Of a DNA stretch of 64,000 bases, positions 50,601-60,780 are shown in pieces. Below the pieces are notes generated by a model. That model worked only from the letters and a program-made list of their open reading frames with translations. It was not told the DNA's origin and made no database searches. Numbering within the stretch: position 1 is the first letter of the stretch; every line of letters starts with the position of its first letter. The stretch is from Caecitellus pseudoparvulus (taxonomy: Eukaryota; Protista; Bigyra: Bicosoecida). Location of the stretch: contig CBFFRQ010000029.1 of NCBI GenBank assembly GCA_965644315.1, positions 186,001 through 250,000 on the forward strand, written 5' to 3'. Both the position numbers and the translations under genes were made by a program.

Positions 50601-51035
50601 AATCCATGCGCAGCCGGCGCCAATGTGGCTTATCCCTGTGCTCTGGCTCAGATGCCATGGCTGCCAGGGTGATGAAGGGCTCCACAAACTCTGCTCGCGT
50701 CGCGATGATGAGGAGCTGCGCGTAGCGCTTGGCGGCTTCGGCGTCCCTGCGCTCCACCCAGGCCGTGTTCATTTCTTGGTACCAGCGCAGCTCTCGGGGG
50801 GGGAGCTGGTCCAGGGCGGTGATGATGTGCTTGCGCTCCTCAGGCGCCACAGCTGCAGACACTCGCGACATGTAGTAAGCTGCGTTTCAATGGAGTTTCA
50901 GACATGTCGCTGTGGCGGTGGTTGGGCGCACGCCACCGCCTGCACACCTTTCCTGACACCATGCATGACATCCTCAAATGTAGATGTGTCTGTTGAACCT
51001 GCCCCCGCCTGGGAACTCAAGCCGAAGGACTCCAT
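47632..51035 (-). CDS. GTF3C3: TFIIIC TPR subunit (Tfc4/GTF3C3-like), divergent
   Basis: Exon 1 51035-50948; intron 50947-50880 (68 nt). N-terminal EPFITLA...AVALLQPGHLSKWRALAE and C-terminal RHASFLRG..MHVY...VEVAYNMGLWFH...AVLWYSRAL...RRAAVALSIL match the Tfc4 pattern. Confidence 0.7.
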
Positions 51036-51425
51036 GGTGGCACGGTGCCCTGCGCCGTGCCTGCCCGCAGGCAGCCAGCGCCAACCTGGACAATGTGTGA
51101 AGTTGCTGAGAGCACAAAGGCTGCACAGGACATCAAAACCAAAGTCAAACGTGAATCTTGCGTAAATCAGGCTCGCATGCTTATTTTGAGCGCTTCCACA
51201 CTGTGTCTGTGCAGGCTACTGTGGACTCACCTGCGAGTTTGCGCAATCTACACCAGACAGAGGTCAAGCACAGCAGCTCGCTTGCAGGGCAGCCTGCACC
51301 TTTGCCTGCTAAGCCCGTGCTAGATCAAGTCTTGCTCGTGCAGCCAAGCGTCGCAGTTGCTCTCCAGAACGACAGAGACGCCTGCCAGCGTGCACCCAGC
51401 GTTTCGCAAGTGAAACTCTGCTGCC

Positions 51426-54400
51426 ATGGCTGCTGCCCCCAGCGCCAGGGAGCGGTTGCTGGGAGAGGTCCGGCACGCTCAGCGATTGCTGGCGAGTCTG
51501 CCATGTGCAGAGGACGTGGACTCCCTGTCGCCTGCGTTGCAGCAGCACCTGCTGCAGTCCGCCCTAGCCCGGCCAGCCTCACGACGAGCCTCGGGGCAGT
51601 CTGGCGCACTGGCCTTCGGGCAAGACCAAGGCGGCGACGACGAAGACGCACCTGTCGAGGTGACACACATGCCTGTATCTGTGCTGGGGTACCCTGACTT
51701 GCCACAGGGGCCTGAGCCTGGGCACCGGCCCAAACGCAGCATGCTGCTGAGTGCGCTGGAGCTGTTTGAGCCGCTGGCAGCGCGCGCCGGCACAGAGGCG
51801 GGCGACAGCGCGGTGCGGGATGCCCAGCTGGGCAGTCTATTGCTGACGAACGTCATCGTCTCGGGCGACGCGCCGTGGCCGGTGGACAAGGCCCTGAACC
51901 TGCCCAAAGACGGGGCGGCGGCGGGCCACACGTACTTCGCCACGCCACAGGCACTGCCCCTGGCTGTGGCAGCTCCCACCGCCTCCCTACCCCGCCTGCT
52001 GGCACCCATGCCCCTGCCGGGCAGGTTCATCCCGGCGTGCATCGCGCCCAGCTCTGCCGGAGCCGGCATCGCGGGGCAGCTCGTGTACTTCTCAGGGTGG
52101 CTCAGCGTCGCCTGCACCGCCCTCGGCGCAGTGGTGACCAGCGCCAAGGGCAAGGGCAGGCCGACGCGGAAGTTCGCGGTGCTGACCAGGCACATGCTGT
52201 GGCTGGCCGCCTCCCCCGCGAACATGGCAGACCCAGCCAAGCGCACCGCCGTTGCGCTGCCCCTGACCGCTGGCGTGACAGTGGCCAGCCAGACATCACC
52301 TTCCTCCACAAGCGTGGGTGGCAGCCAGGACCCTGCCGAGGCAGCGGCCCTGGATCTGGATGGCGTGTCAGCGTCCACTGGGCACCTAGCTGCCTTCCAC
52401 GGCTCCCACTCCATGACGGACGTGGCGGTGGACACGGGCGCGCAGGGGGCCAAATTCCGCAAGGGCGTCAGCCAGGCGTTTTCTGCGTTCGTGGGACAGG
52501 ACCCCGCTGCCGTGCTGGCCTTCCTGGACGACTGGTGGGACGAAGGCGCAGGGGACGAGTCCATGCCCCCCTTTGCCTGGCCTGCCGCAGTGCAGTTGCT
52601 CAGCGAGCTGGGCCGGGCTCAGCGCAGCACCCCAAGCGAGTGGAGTGGGGCGCCCCCCGCTGCCTCCCGCGCCGCAGCGCACGCCCAGCCCTCCCTGCAC
52701 CCGCAAGCCTACCCGTTCGAGCGTCTGCTGGACGCCGCCCGCATTGTTCTGCGGGCCCAGACGCGGGGCGGCAGCAGTGCCCGCAGCCAGTCCTGCCGAG
52801 TGCCTGAGGCCGATCCCTGCCGACTGGCACCATCTGTCGTGGCCAGTCTGCAGCTGCGTGGCGCCTTCACTGTGCATGTGGGGGGGACGGCACCCCTCAC
52901 CCTGCACCTCTCTGCGCCGTCAGTGCTGCTGGCCAGCTTGTGGATGGAAGCGGTGCTCCTAGCCAGCGGACAGGTGTGCTCCACAGGGGCAGCCTTTGCG
53001 CCCCCCGCCCCCGCCGCCACTGCCCCTGGCACAGCCCTGCCCTGGGCCAGTGCCAGCCAGTCTCCCCCCACATCTCGGCTGTGGGGCGGCGGCGGCGGCG
53101 GCGGGGCGCACTCCCGAGGCGGGTCGGCGGACTCTTCCCCCCGCGCTGCCAGCAGCCTGCCCGAGAACACGCCCCACCCAGGGCTGGTCCTGGCCCTCGT
53201 CACTGCTTCCAGGTCCCGGGTGCTGGCTGCTGCCGCCAGCCACACACAGCAGCGCGTGGTGGCTGCCGTGGCCAGCTCCAGCACCAGGCGGTCTGGCACA
53301 CAGCACGCCAGGCACAGCAGCGTCTGGCGCGATGCGGCAGGCACACTGCGGGAAGACGCCCGCACTGCCCTGAGCAAGGGTGCCGCAGGGAGGCACGGGC
53401 GTGCTGCGACGACCAACGACATCCCCGACTTCAGCGGCACCAGCGCCGCCCACGCCAGTGTGCCTGCCGCCCGTGGTCTGAGTCTGGGGGCTCACTCTGA
53501 AGGCGTGCCCCCGCACCTTGAGGAGGGTGCTGCTGCTGAGGGGGGGGAGGGGGAGGAGGAGGAGGCCTCGCCACCCCACGTCCCCGCGACGCTTCCGGAC
53601 CACCCCCTCGCGCTGGCCATGCACAGCGTACTGAGTGGGCCCATCACCGTGCCGCTGGCCTGGTACCACACCGCCACTCCCCGGCTTGGACCCGGGCCAA
53701 GCACGGGGGGCGCGGCAGACGCCCCCACCCACTCACACTCTGTCTCAGCCTCTGCCTTCTCGGCACTGTACGGGGGAGGCGCCTCGGGCACGGTGGCGCT
53801 GTCCTCCAAGGACGCCTCTGTCGCCCAGCTCCTGCGGGACCTGGGCAGGGACAGCATGTTGCTGGACGGACATTTCCCGTCACAGGTGCTGGCGCTGACC
53901 AGTCCACGGCGCGTGGCCCAGGCACGGGAGTGGAGCGCACAGGTGCTGCAGGCTGCCGCAGGCGGCGCCCCGCCTCCCGCCTCGCCCTCCTCCACCGCCA
54001 CGACAGTGGACAGTCCAGAGGCCGCTGCCGCGCCCCCTGCGCCGTACGATCCCAGCGCCAAGGCGCAAACCATGCTGGAGTGCGTGGCGGCGCGGGTGCT
54101 GGAGGCCAGCGAGGGGCAGGGCGCCTTCCCCTCCCAGGCAGCGGCGCTGGCGTTCGTGCGGCACGTCCTGCTGTCGTGTGGTCGCACGGTGGCGGGCTTC
54201 GACGCCTTCGACGTCATGCGCCGGCTGCTGCTGCCGGAGCAGCTGCCTCCGGAGGCGGTGGAGGGGGCGCTGCCCTCGCCCTGGAGCGGCCACGACGCCC
54301 CCATGGACCTGCACGTCATCTGCCCCCAGGCCGAGGCACGCAAGCTCACGCAGACACTGGTGTGGCAGCGAGCGTGCGTGCTTGCCGCACTGCAGAGCAA

Positions 54401-55820
54401 GTGGCGGCGCGAGGCGGTGGCCATTGCCGCCGCGTCCCTCCCCCGTCAGCTGACGCCACACCTGCCTGTGCGTGCCGAAGACGGGTGGGCTGGCAGCGAA
54501 CGTGCCGAGGTCGCCGCGCCCACAGTGGCGGAGTTGCTGCAGCGCCTGGCTGCCGCCCGCCGAGCCGCTGCAGACTTGACTGCACGCCGGGCTGAAGGAG
54601 GCGGCCGGGTCCGCGCCGCGCCTTGCCCGCCCACACTTGATGCAGATGAGGACGACACGTCGGATGGCCTGCTGGGTCTCTCTGACGTGGACAGCAGTGG
54701 GGAGCTGGCAGCTGCCGTGGACCACGACGGCGACGACAGTGACGAGGAGTGGGGCAGTGAGGAGGAGGAGGAGGGCGGCTTCGACACCATGGAGAGTGCC
54801 CGGCGCAGGTGGCGCGCAGAGCTGCGCGTGGCGACCTCCCTGCCCTTCCTGCTGGCGACGCTGCACCCGCAACAACTGCGCCGCCTGAGCGTGGCCACAG
54901 ACTACGTGCGCCACCGACTGGGGTGCGACGAAGTGTACACGCCACTGGAACCGACGCAGCAGTCCGAGCTGGCAGGCGGCCAGGATGATGCGGGGTCTGC
55001 CTTCGGGGATGCAGCCTCTGGCACCTCCCCTGCACCAGGCCCTGACGGCCACCTGCGCTCCACCAGTGCCGACTTGAGTAAGGTGGTGGCTGCCCTGGAG
55101 CGCACGCCAGACACGGCGCCCCATGCTGCCACGCCCGTGCCCACCCACCGCCGACACCTGACTGTGTCGGTGGCACGCCAAGGTAGGCCTCGCCCTGCCC
55201 CACGTGCCTCGGTAGCCAAGTTGAAGCGCCTGAGCAAGGCGCCCCTGGGCACATCCTCCTCCTCCAGCCAAGTGCGCATGGCGCCTCGCCCATGGTGGTG
55301 GCTGGGCACAGACCTGGACGAGGACCTGCCCCTGGAGGAGGTGCTGGCGCTGCCCCCGCACTGGGGGCTGGCAGGGGACCCCGCACCCCACACGGCATGT
55401 GTCGTGTCCGACGCCCACATCCCCCCCGGCCTCCTAGTGCACTTCTCGTGTGTGAACGCGTACCGCCTCCTGAACGCGGACAGCGAGTGGGCCGACGAGC
55501 GAGATGCCACCTTGGCCAGACTTGCCGTGCGGTATGTGCGCACGTTCGTCGTGGACGGCGCCCGCCCCGCGCGCGCGCCGGCCCAGGACGCGGCGCAGGG
55601 CCTGCACGCCTTCGTGCCGACAGCAGGCATGCTGCAGGCAGCGGGCAGCACTGTGCGTGGCAGCACTCTGGGCGCCCCCCATGTCTCCATCGTGGGGCTG
55701 GCCGGCGGGCGGTCTCGCCAAGGGAAGGAGGCAGACCTGCAGGAGTTGCAAGATGCGGCCCGGAATGCTTGGGGGCCGTGGGTGACTCTGGACAGCAGGG
55801 GGGGCTCCGATGCCGTGTGA
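51426..55820 (+). CDS. Hypothetical protein with an interrupted PH-like domain and a C-terminal domain of unknown function
   Basis: 1464-aa ORF. PH N-half FSGWLSV..RKFAVLTRHMLWLAAS; C-half FTVHV..TLHLSAPS..ASLWMEAV. Confidence 0.7.
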   Translation: MAAAPSARERLLGEVRHAQRLLASLPCAEDVDSLSPALQQHLLQSALARPASRRASGQSGALAFGQDQGGDDEDAPVEVTHMPVSVLGYPDLPQGPEPGHRPKRSMLLSALELFEPLAARAGTEAGDSAVRDAQLGSLLLTNVIVSGDAPWPVDKALNLPKDGAAAGHTYFATPQALPLAVAAPTASLPRLLAPMPLPGRFIPACIAPSSAGAGIAGQLVYFSGWLSVACTALGAVVTSAKGKGRPTRKFAVLTRHMLWLAASPANMADPAKRTAVALPLTAGVTVASQTSPSSTSVGGSQDPAEAAALDLDGVSASTGHLAAFHGSHSMTDVAVDTGAQGAKFRKGVSQAFSAFVGQDPAAVLAFLDDWWDEGAGDESMPPFAWPAAVQLLSELGRAQRSTPSEWSGAPPAASRAAAHAQPSLHPQAYPFERLLDAARIVLRAQTRGGSSARSQSCRVPEADPCRLAPSVVASLQLRGAFTVHVGGTAPLTLHLSAPSVLLASLWMEAVLLASGQVCSTGAAFAPPAPAATAPGTALPWASASQSPPTSRLWGGGGGGGAHSRGGSADSSPRAASSLPENTPHPGLVLALVTASRSRVLAAAASHTQQRVVAAVASSSTRRSGTQHARHSSVWRDAAGTLREDARTALSKGAAGRHGRAATTNDIPDFSGTSAAHASVPAARGLSLGAHSEGVPPHLEEGAAAEGGEGEEEEASPPHVPATLPDHPLALAMHSVLSGPITVPLAWYHTATPRLGPGPSTGGAADAPTHSHSVSASAFSALYGGGASGTVALSSKDASVAQLLRDLGRDSMLLDGHFPSQVLALTSPRRVAQAREWSAQVLQAAAGGAPPPASPSSTATTVDSPEAAAAPPAPYDPSAKAQTMLECVAARVLEASEGQGAFPSQAAALAFVRHVLLSCGRTVAGFDAFDVMRRLLLPEQLPPEAVEGALPSPWSGHDAPMDLHVICPQAEARKLTQTLVWQRACVLAALQSKWRREAVAIAAASLPRQLTPHLPVRAEDGWAGSERAEVAAPTVAELLQRLAAARRAAADLTARRAEGGGRVRAAPCPPTLDADEDDTSDGLLGLSDVDSSGELAAAVDHDGDDSDEEWGSEEEEEGGFDTMESARRRWRAELRVATSLPFLLATLHPQQLRRLSVATDYVRHRLGCDEVYTPLEPTQQSELAGGQDDAGSAFGDAASGTSPAPGPDGHLRSTSADLSKVVAALERTPDTAPHAATPVPTHRRHLTVSVARQGRPRPAPRASVAKLKRLSKAPLGTSSSSSQVRMAPRPWWWLGTDLDEDLPLEEVLALPPHWGLAGDPAPHTACVVSDAHIPPGLLVHFSCVNAYRLLNADSEWADERDATLARLAVRYVRTFVVDGARPARAPAQDAAQGLHAFVPTAGMLQAAGSTVRGSTLGAPHVSIVGLAGGRSRQGKEADLQELQDAARNAWGPWVTLDSRGGSDAV

Positions 55821-55969
55821 CTGCGCGCCATCGGCGCCACATTTTTCAGCCTGCCACCAGTGAAATACAAAGCTAGTCATGGTGTGTCTGTGCGCCACGC
55901 TTGCAGTGTAGCTTCGCGCTTCGAGGCCGACTCGCCAGGCCAGTCCACCACGCCAAGCGCCTGCCTGCG

Positions 55970-56747
55970 ATGGCCGACGCGCTGTGCGAACCGCTGGCGC
56001 CAGCACAGCTTGATGAGGCAGAATGCCGCATCTGCAAGCAGCCAGAAACGAGTGCTGATGATCCGCTCTTCCAGCCCTGTGCATGCCGAGGCAGCCTCGC
56101 ATTTGTACGCCGCCTGCCTGCAGCGCGTCGGAGCAATCCTTCCGCAGGCCTTGCCACGCCATTTCCACGCTGCCCTCGCAGGCCCACTGCCGGTGTTTGC
56201 AGCGGTGGATCGAGTGCCGGCTGGAAGGTGGCACCGCTTCCGATGCTGAAACTGTGCGTGCAGGGGCCCAGCGCCGCATGACGCGCATGCGGTGAGGAGT
56301 TTGCCCGCAACTGAATTCCGCATCACCTCCCTGTCGCAGTGCGAAGTGTGCAAGACACCCTACCGGATAACGTGGCGACAAGAACTGCGCATGGATCGCC
56401 TGCAGTGTTCCGGGACGACTCTGCGCCACAGCATGGAGGTGTTGGTGGTGACGGTGTTGCTCGTTGCCATGCTGTACCTCTTCGCCCACGTCATCCCCTC
56501 CATGCTCACCTCCTCCTCCATGCCCGGGAAGCTGGTCATGAGCATCTTGTTGGCAGCCACCCTCATTGCCAGCTGCTTCGCAATGCGCAGCCTGACACTG
56601 CGCTGGTGGCACGCCGTGCGAAAGCGCGAGCTGGTGCCAGAGGCGGCCACGGCAGCACGCGAAAGCACACCAGACGCCAAGGCGCCCGACCTGCCGCCCT
56701 CAGCGGGGCAGGATGGCTGCCAGCTTGTTCAAGAGGGCGTCGTCTAG
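55970..56747 (+). CDS. MARCH-family RING-CH (RINGv) E3 ubiquitin ligase with two TM helices
   Basis: ATG 55970; introns 56105-56181 (77 nt) and 56254-56339 (86 nt) give CRIC...LFQPCACRGSLAFAHCRCLQRWI...CEVCK.PY, then two hydrophobic segments. Confidence 0.88.
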
Positions 56748-58943
56748 ACGGGCGTCAAGGGCGCTGGCGCCGGGTGCCCGCCCCGAGGCAGCAGCCCAGC
56801 TCGCCCAGGGTGGCACCCACCGCGCCACATACGCCACGAGCGGCTTCAAGCCATCCCGCGCGGCAGGGAGCAGGCCGGCAGCAGAGGCGACGTGAGCGCC
56901 CATGGACGGCACCATGTTCATGAGGAGCGGCGGGAAGGCCTCACGCCAGCTGTGGGCCAGGCGGGCGCCGCTGCCTCCGCCTGCCGCCTCCCACTCCCAA
57001 CTCACGGGGACGGGGGGGCGCACGGCCCCCAGTGCCTCTGGGCGAGGGCTGCAGAAGGCCAGGGTGAACTCCAGGGCCTGAATGCTGGCTTCGTACACCT
57101 CGCCCTGTGGCGCTGTCTCGGCTGAGGCGCCCCACACCTTCATGGAGTGAGCCCGGGAAGTAGACACGGGCCCGCCGCCCACCGTGGCGGGGTCAGCCAC
57201 AGTCACGCAACAGGCCTCGCGTTGCCCGTGCCGAGCCAGCAACTCCAGGTAGCCCCACTTCCCGAACTCGGCGTCTGCGCCGGGCGGCACGGCCACCGCG
57301 CTCGCCTGTGCGACGTGCAACTCGAGGCGGCGGGCCAGCGTGCCCAGCGGCACACGCCGCAAATGCACACTGTCCTGCGCCGAGAACGCGCCGGCCACTG
57401 CTTCCAGGACCTGGAAGACGCGCAGCACTGCCGCCTGCCGCACGGGGCAGGACAGTCCGGCGGTGCAGGATGTGGCTAGGACGGGCAGTGTGGGGCCAGC
57501 CCGCGCAGCCTTGGCGGGCTTGCGGTGGGCACTGAGCAGGCGCTTGAGGACATTGCCCTCAGCCTGCGTCGTGGGCCGGCGCTTGACGACGGAGGGAGGG
57601 GGGGGCTGGCCCACAGCTGGCGTGTGGAGGGCGCTTGCCTTCACCGCCTCCGCCCCCGCAGCGGCAGCAGTGGCTGGTGCAGGCGGGGGGGCGCCCCCCC
57701 CCTCTGCGTCAGGCGGGTCAGGCGAGAGGGTGTCCGGCCCAGGGGACTTGCCAGCCGCTGTCGCTGCGACGAGCCGCCTGCAGGCCGCCTTCCACTGCTG
57801 CAGGAGACGCCCAGCTTGGGGTGCCAAGGCTGGGAACTGCTTGCGAAGCCGCTTGAGCACGGGGACACAGCCCAGTTTCTGCAGGGTGTTGATGGACAGG
57901 GAGGGAAAGGCGGGAAACGCCTCCAGCACTTCCTTCACGAGCGCCTCGCTGCCTTGGCGCAGGCTCAGGGCCCCTGCCCATGCTGTGAAGTCAGCTGACG
58001 CGGGGGGCAGGGCGCACTGCTGCGCACTGGGCTGGCCCGGTGCGCGTTTGGGCGGCGGCGGCAGGCTCGACGAGCTCTGCTCGCCACTGCGCGGGCGCTT
58101 GGTGCCCCGTGGGGCGCCGGGAGTCCTTGCTGGCCTGGACTCGTACAAATCAGCGTCGCTGTCCGAGGAGTCGGCGGTGGCAGGCGGCGGCACCCGGGCC
58201 GCCTTGCCCAGGCGCAGCTTGAGAGCCTTGGCCTTGCCTGCTCGGCGGGGGCGGGCTGCGACGGAGGAGGACTGGGCGGAGGCGGCGTCGGACTCTGCAT
58301 CAGACTCCGCGTCCAAATCAGCGTCAGACGCCTCGCTTGGCTGCTCACCCTGCGACGCCTCGCTGCTCGCACCCTCCTCCTCTGAAGAGCTGCCCTCGGC
58401 ATCCTCCAGGACGTACTGAGGCTGCGTCTCCTGGTACACCTTGTCCATGAACTGCAAGGGGGCCATGGGCTGCATCCAGCCCCCCCCCACGACAAGCCGT
58501 TTGAAGTACGAGGGCAGCGTTCCTCGGGCCGACTTCTTGCCGGCCTGCGCAGCCAGCGCGGCGCCTTTCTTGGAACCCCATGGCACCCACGAGGACTCTG
58601 CCACACAGGAGTACGTCTCGTACCACCAGACACACATCTGTCCCGGACGCGGGCTGAGTTGCTGCCGGAACTGCGTTGGCACCTCCTCCAGTGGGTACAC
58701 CACGCAAGGGTACAGGGGCTTGTAGCCTGGGAATTTGGCCCAGCCCATGGTGAAAGGCAGGGGAGATGTGCCGTGTGGCTGGCAGTCCGCCCCGTACTTG
58801 GCTGTCCACCGTGCCCAGACAGGGTCTCCATCCCTCACCTCCTGGCGCAGTGTCTCTGCATCGCTGCTGCCCTGCTCTGACGACCCGCTAGCGCCATCGA
58901 CTGCAGAGGCCCCTCCAGGGCTCGAACCTGACCTTGCCGCCAT
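56700..58943 (-). CDS. PWWP-domain + TFIIS-N (TND)-like chromatin protein
   Basis: ATG 58943. PWWP-like MGWAKFPGYKPLYPCVV..MCVWWY; acidic linker; TND-like LSINTLQKLGCVPVLKRLRK...AGRLLQQWKA. Confidence 0.7.
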   Translation of the reverse strand: MAARSGSSPGGASAVDGASGSSEQGSSDAETLRQEVRDGDPVWARWTAKYGADCQPHGTSPLPFTMGWAKFPGYKPLYPCVVYPLEEVPTQFRQQLSPRPGQMCVWWYETYSCVAESSWVPWGSKKGAALAAQAGKKSARGTLPSYFKRLVVGGGWMQPMAPLQFMDKVYQETQPQYVLEDAEGSSSEEEGASSEASQGEQPSEASDADLDAESDAESDAASAQSSSVAARPRRAGKAKALKLRLGKAARVPPPATADSSDSDADLYESRPARTPGAPRGTKRPRSGEQSSSSLPPPPKRAPGQPSAQQCALPPASADFTAWAGALSLRQGSEALVKEVLEAFPAFPSLSINTLQKLGCVPVLKRLRKQFPALAPQAGRLLQQWKAACRRLVAATAAGKSPGPDTLSPDPPDAEGGGAPPPAPATAAAAGAEAVKASALHTPAVGQPPPPSVVKRRPTTQAEGNVLKRLLSAHRKPAKAARAGPTLPVLATSCTAGLSCPVRQAAVLRVFQVLEAVAGAFSAQDSVHLRRVPLGTLARRLELHVAQASAVAVPPGADAEFGKWGYLELLARHGQREACCVTVADPATVGGGPVSTSRAHSMKVWGASAETAPQGEVYEASIQALEFTLAFCSPRPEALGAVRPPVPVSWEWEAAGGGSGARLAHSWREAFPPLLMNMVPSMGAHVASAAGLLPAARDGLKPLVAYVARWVPPWASWAAASGRAPGASALDARLDDALLNKLAAILPR

Positions 58944-59438
58944 GGCTAGCACTGCCGTTGCTCAGCGTGCTCTGCGCCGTGCTTCGTGCGGGGGGTGCAG
59001 GCGCGGAAATCGGCCCAACCACAGCACTTGCACAGGCCCCAAACGCGGCAACCACACCCAACGGCCGGAGCAACAGACGATCAGGAAATTTGGGTAGCCT
59101 CGTAGTGTTTGGAGATCGAGCACTTTAACTTCCGAGTTGATTTGCCTGCGCCCGGTTGTCTAGCCCGGCGAGCTGGCAACGAGGGAAGGTGTGTGGGTGC
59201 TCCAATGCTCTCCTGCCGGCGCTGAAGGGTGCACAGCAGAGAAAAGGACACAATCTAGCTGTTGTCACTAACAGTCGCACTGCAGCACACCCACTTTGCT
59301 TCCGTCATCACTGCCCACGGCCTCTTGGACGAGTGCTTGGTACTGCATCGCAGCCGCATCTCCCTGGGCCCGGTGGCTGCCGCCCCGCCCTGTGCGAGCA
59401 GCCCATCTCCATACCAGGGAGTGCTGCGACTCAGCGGT

Positions 59439-60231
59439 ATGGCAGGCCGCATTCCCTCTCCTCTGGCCCCTCCAGCGTCGCTCTCAGCCATCGCCGAGGG
59501 CGCGTCAGGCTTGCCACCTTCAAGCGACCAGCCGACGCCAAACGAAGCCGCGACAAGGGTCCAGGCGTTGTGGCGGCGGTCGCAAGTGAGGGGGAAATAT
59601 GCAAGTATACTGTACAGTGCGCTGCTACACAAGGAGGAGACGCAAGACCACACAGAAGAAGAAGAAGCCGACGCACAGTACCTGTTGTACGTTTCAGCAG
59701 CGTTTCCATGCACGCCGCCACCGGCATCGCAGCCCGCTCCACCCTGACCTTCTCTGCCACAGACGCCAGCGCTCGGACGACTTCCAGGAGCTGCTGGACG
59801 CGAGACGCAGCATTCGAAGGGCTGAGCTGGAGAGCACGGTGCTGGGCGGGCGACCCCTGCCCCGCACGTCATCTGCGAATCAGGCTCTCATGGCAGCCGT
59901 GCTGCACCAGGCGCACCTGGAGGACGGGCGCTTCGTGCAGACGCCCCGTGAGCAGAGTGCAGCACCCCCTCCCACAGCTGCCGTGCGGGCGCCGCAGGGG
60001 GGCAGCATCCGGGGCTCCGTCCTCTCCCGCATGCGATCCTCGCCGACCCTGGCCAGACACGCCTCTGCCTCCGCGCTACTCAGGCGGGCGCTGAAGGGAG
60101 CAGGGCACTCAAAGCGTGCAGACAAGGCACCACGCGTGCCCCCTGCCCCGCCTCTGGGCGCAGCTTCGTCGCCCCCGCCGACACTTGGCGCAGACTCGTC
60201 ACCCGGCGGCAAGGACTCTGGCGGCGAGTGA
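59439..60231 (+). CDS. Small IQ-motif (calmodulin-binding-like) protein
   Basis: IQ motif AATRVQALWRRSQVRG. Intron 59687-59762 (GTACGT..CACAG, 76 nt) joins ORFs 59262..59747 and 59599..60231. Start and end uncertain. Confidence 0.55.
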
Positions 60232-60780
60232 CGCCCCGCCCCCGCCACGACGCCAGGAGGCGCCTTGCCACTGCAGAAGCCCTACATCTGCGTGGAGATT
60301 GCGTCACGTTCCCTGCCCTCCTCCTGCTGAAGTGGGGGGCTGTGGCAAGCCTCAGCAACCAGCCAGCACAAATCAGGGATCCTAGCGATGTGCAGGAAGA
60401 AGCTTCTTTTCCTTTCTTGCTGGAATGCCAGACATTCCGCCGGAAAGGGGGGGGTGTCCCCCCACTGTGCACCCCGCACCCTCGTTGACTACCCCTGCGC
60501 TCCAACCCGGCTGGCAAGCTCACGAAGCAGTAGCAGCAGCCCAAGCTGTACCAGGCGCTGGAGTCCCTGCTGAGTGTCGGAGAGGCAGATCCGTCAGAGG
60601 TGTTCGCCTCTAAGACACAGGCTGCTTGACGATCTCGGACTGCGGACTGCGTAGCGCTGTCCTGCGGAGCCTGACACCGTTGACGCGCTGCTGCAAAATT
60701 CACCTGTCTGCACGATCCACTGTCACGCACAGCCTGGCACGTTCCCAGGCTGAGACACAGTGAGGAACACCAGCTGAACC

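Noticed and set aside
50914-50940. Inverted repeat GGCGGTGG...CCACCGCC
   Set aside because: 8-bp GC stem inside a 68-nt intron; expected by chance at this GC content.
50966-51312. Possible small Cys-rich + strand gene (...YCGLTCEF...ACRAACTFAC*)
   Set aside because: Needs an implausible 26-nt intron and overlaps the better-supported first exon of the TFIIIC gene (51035-50948).
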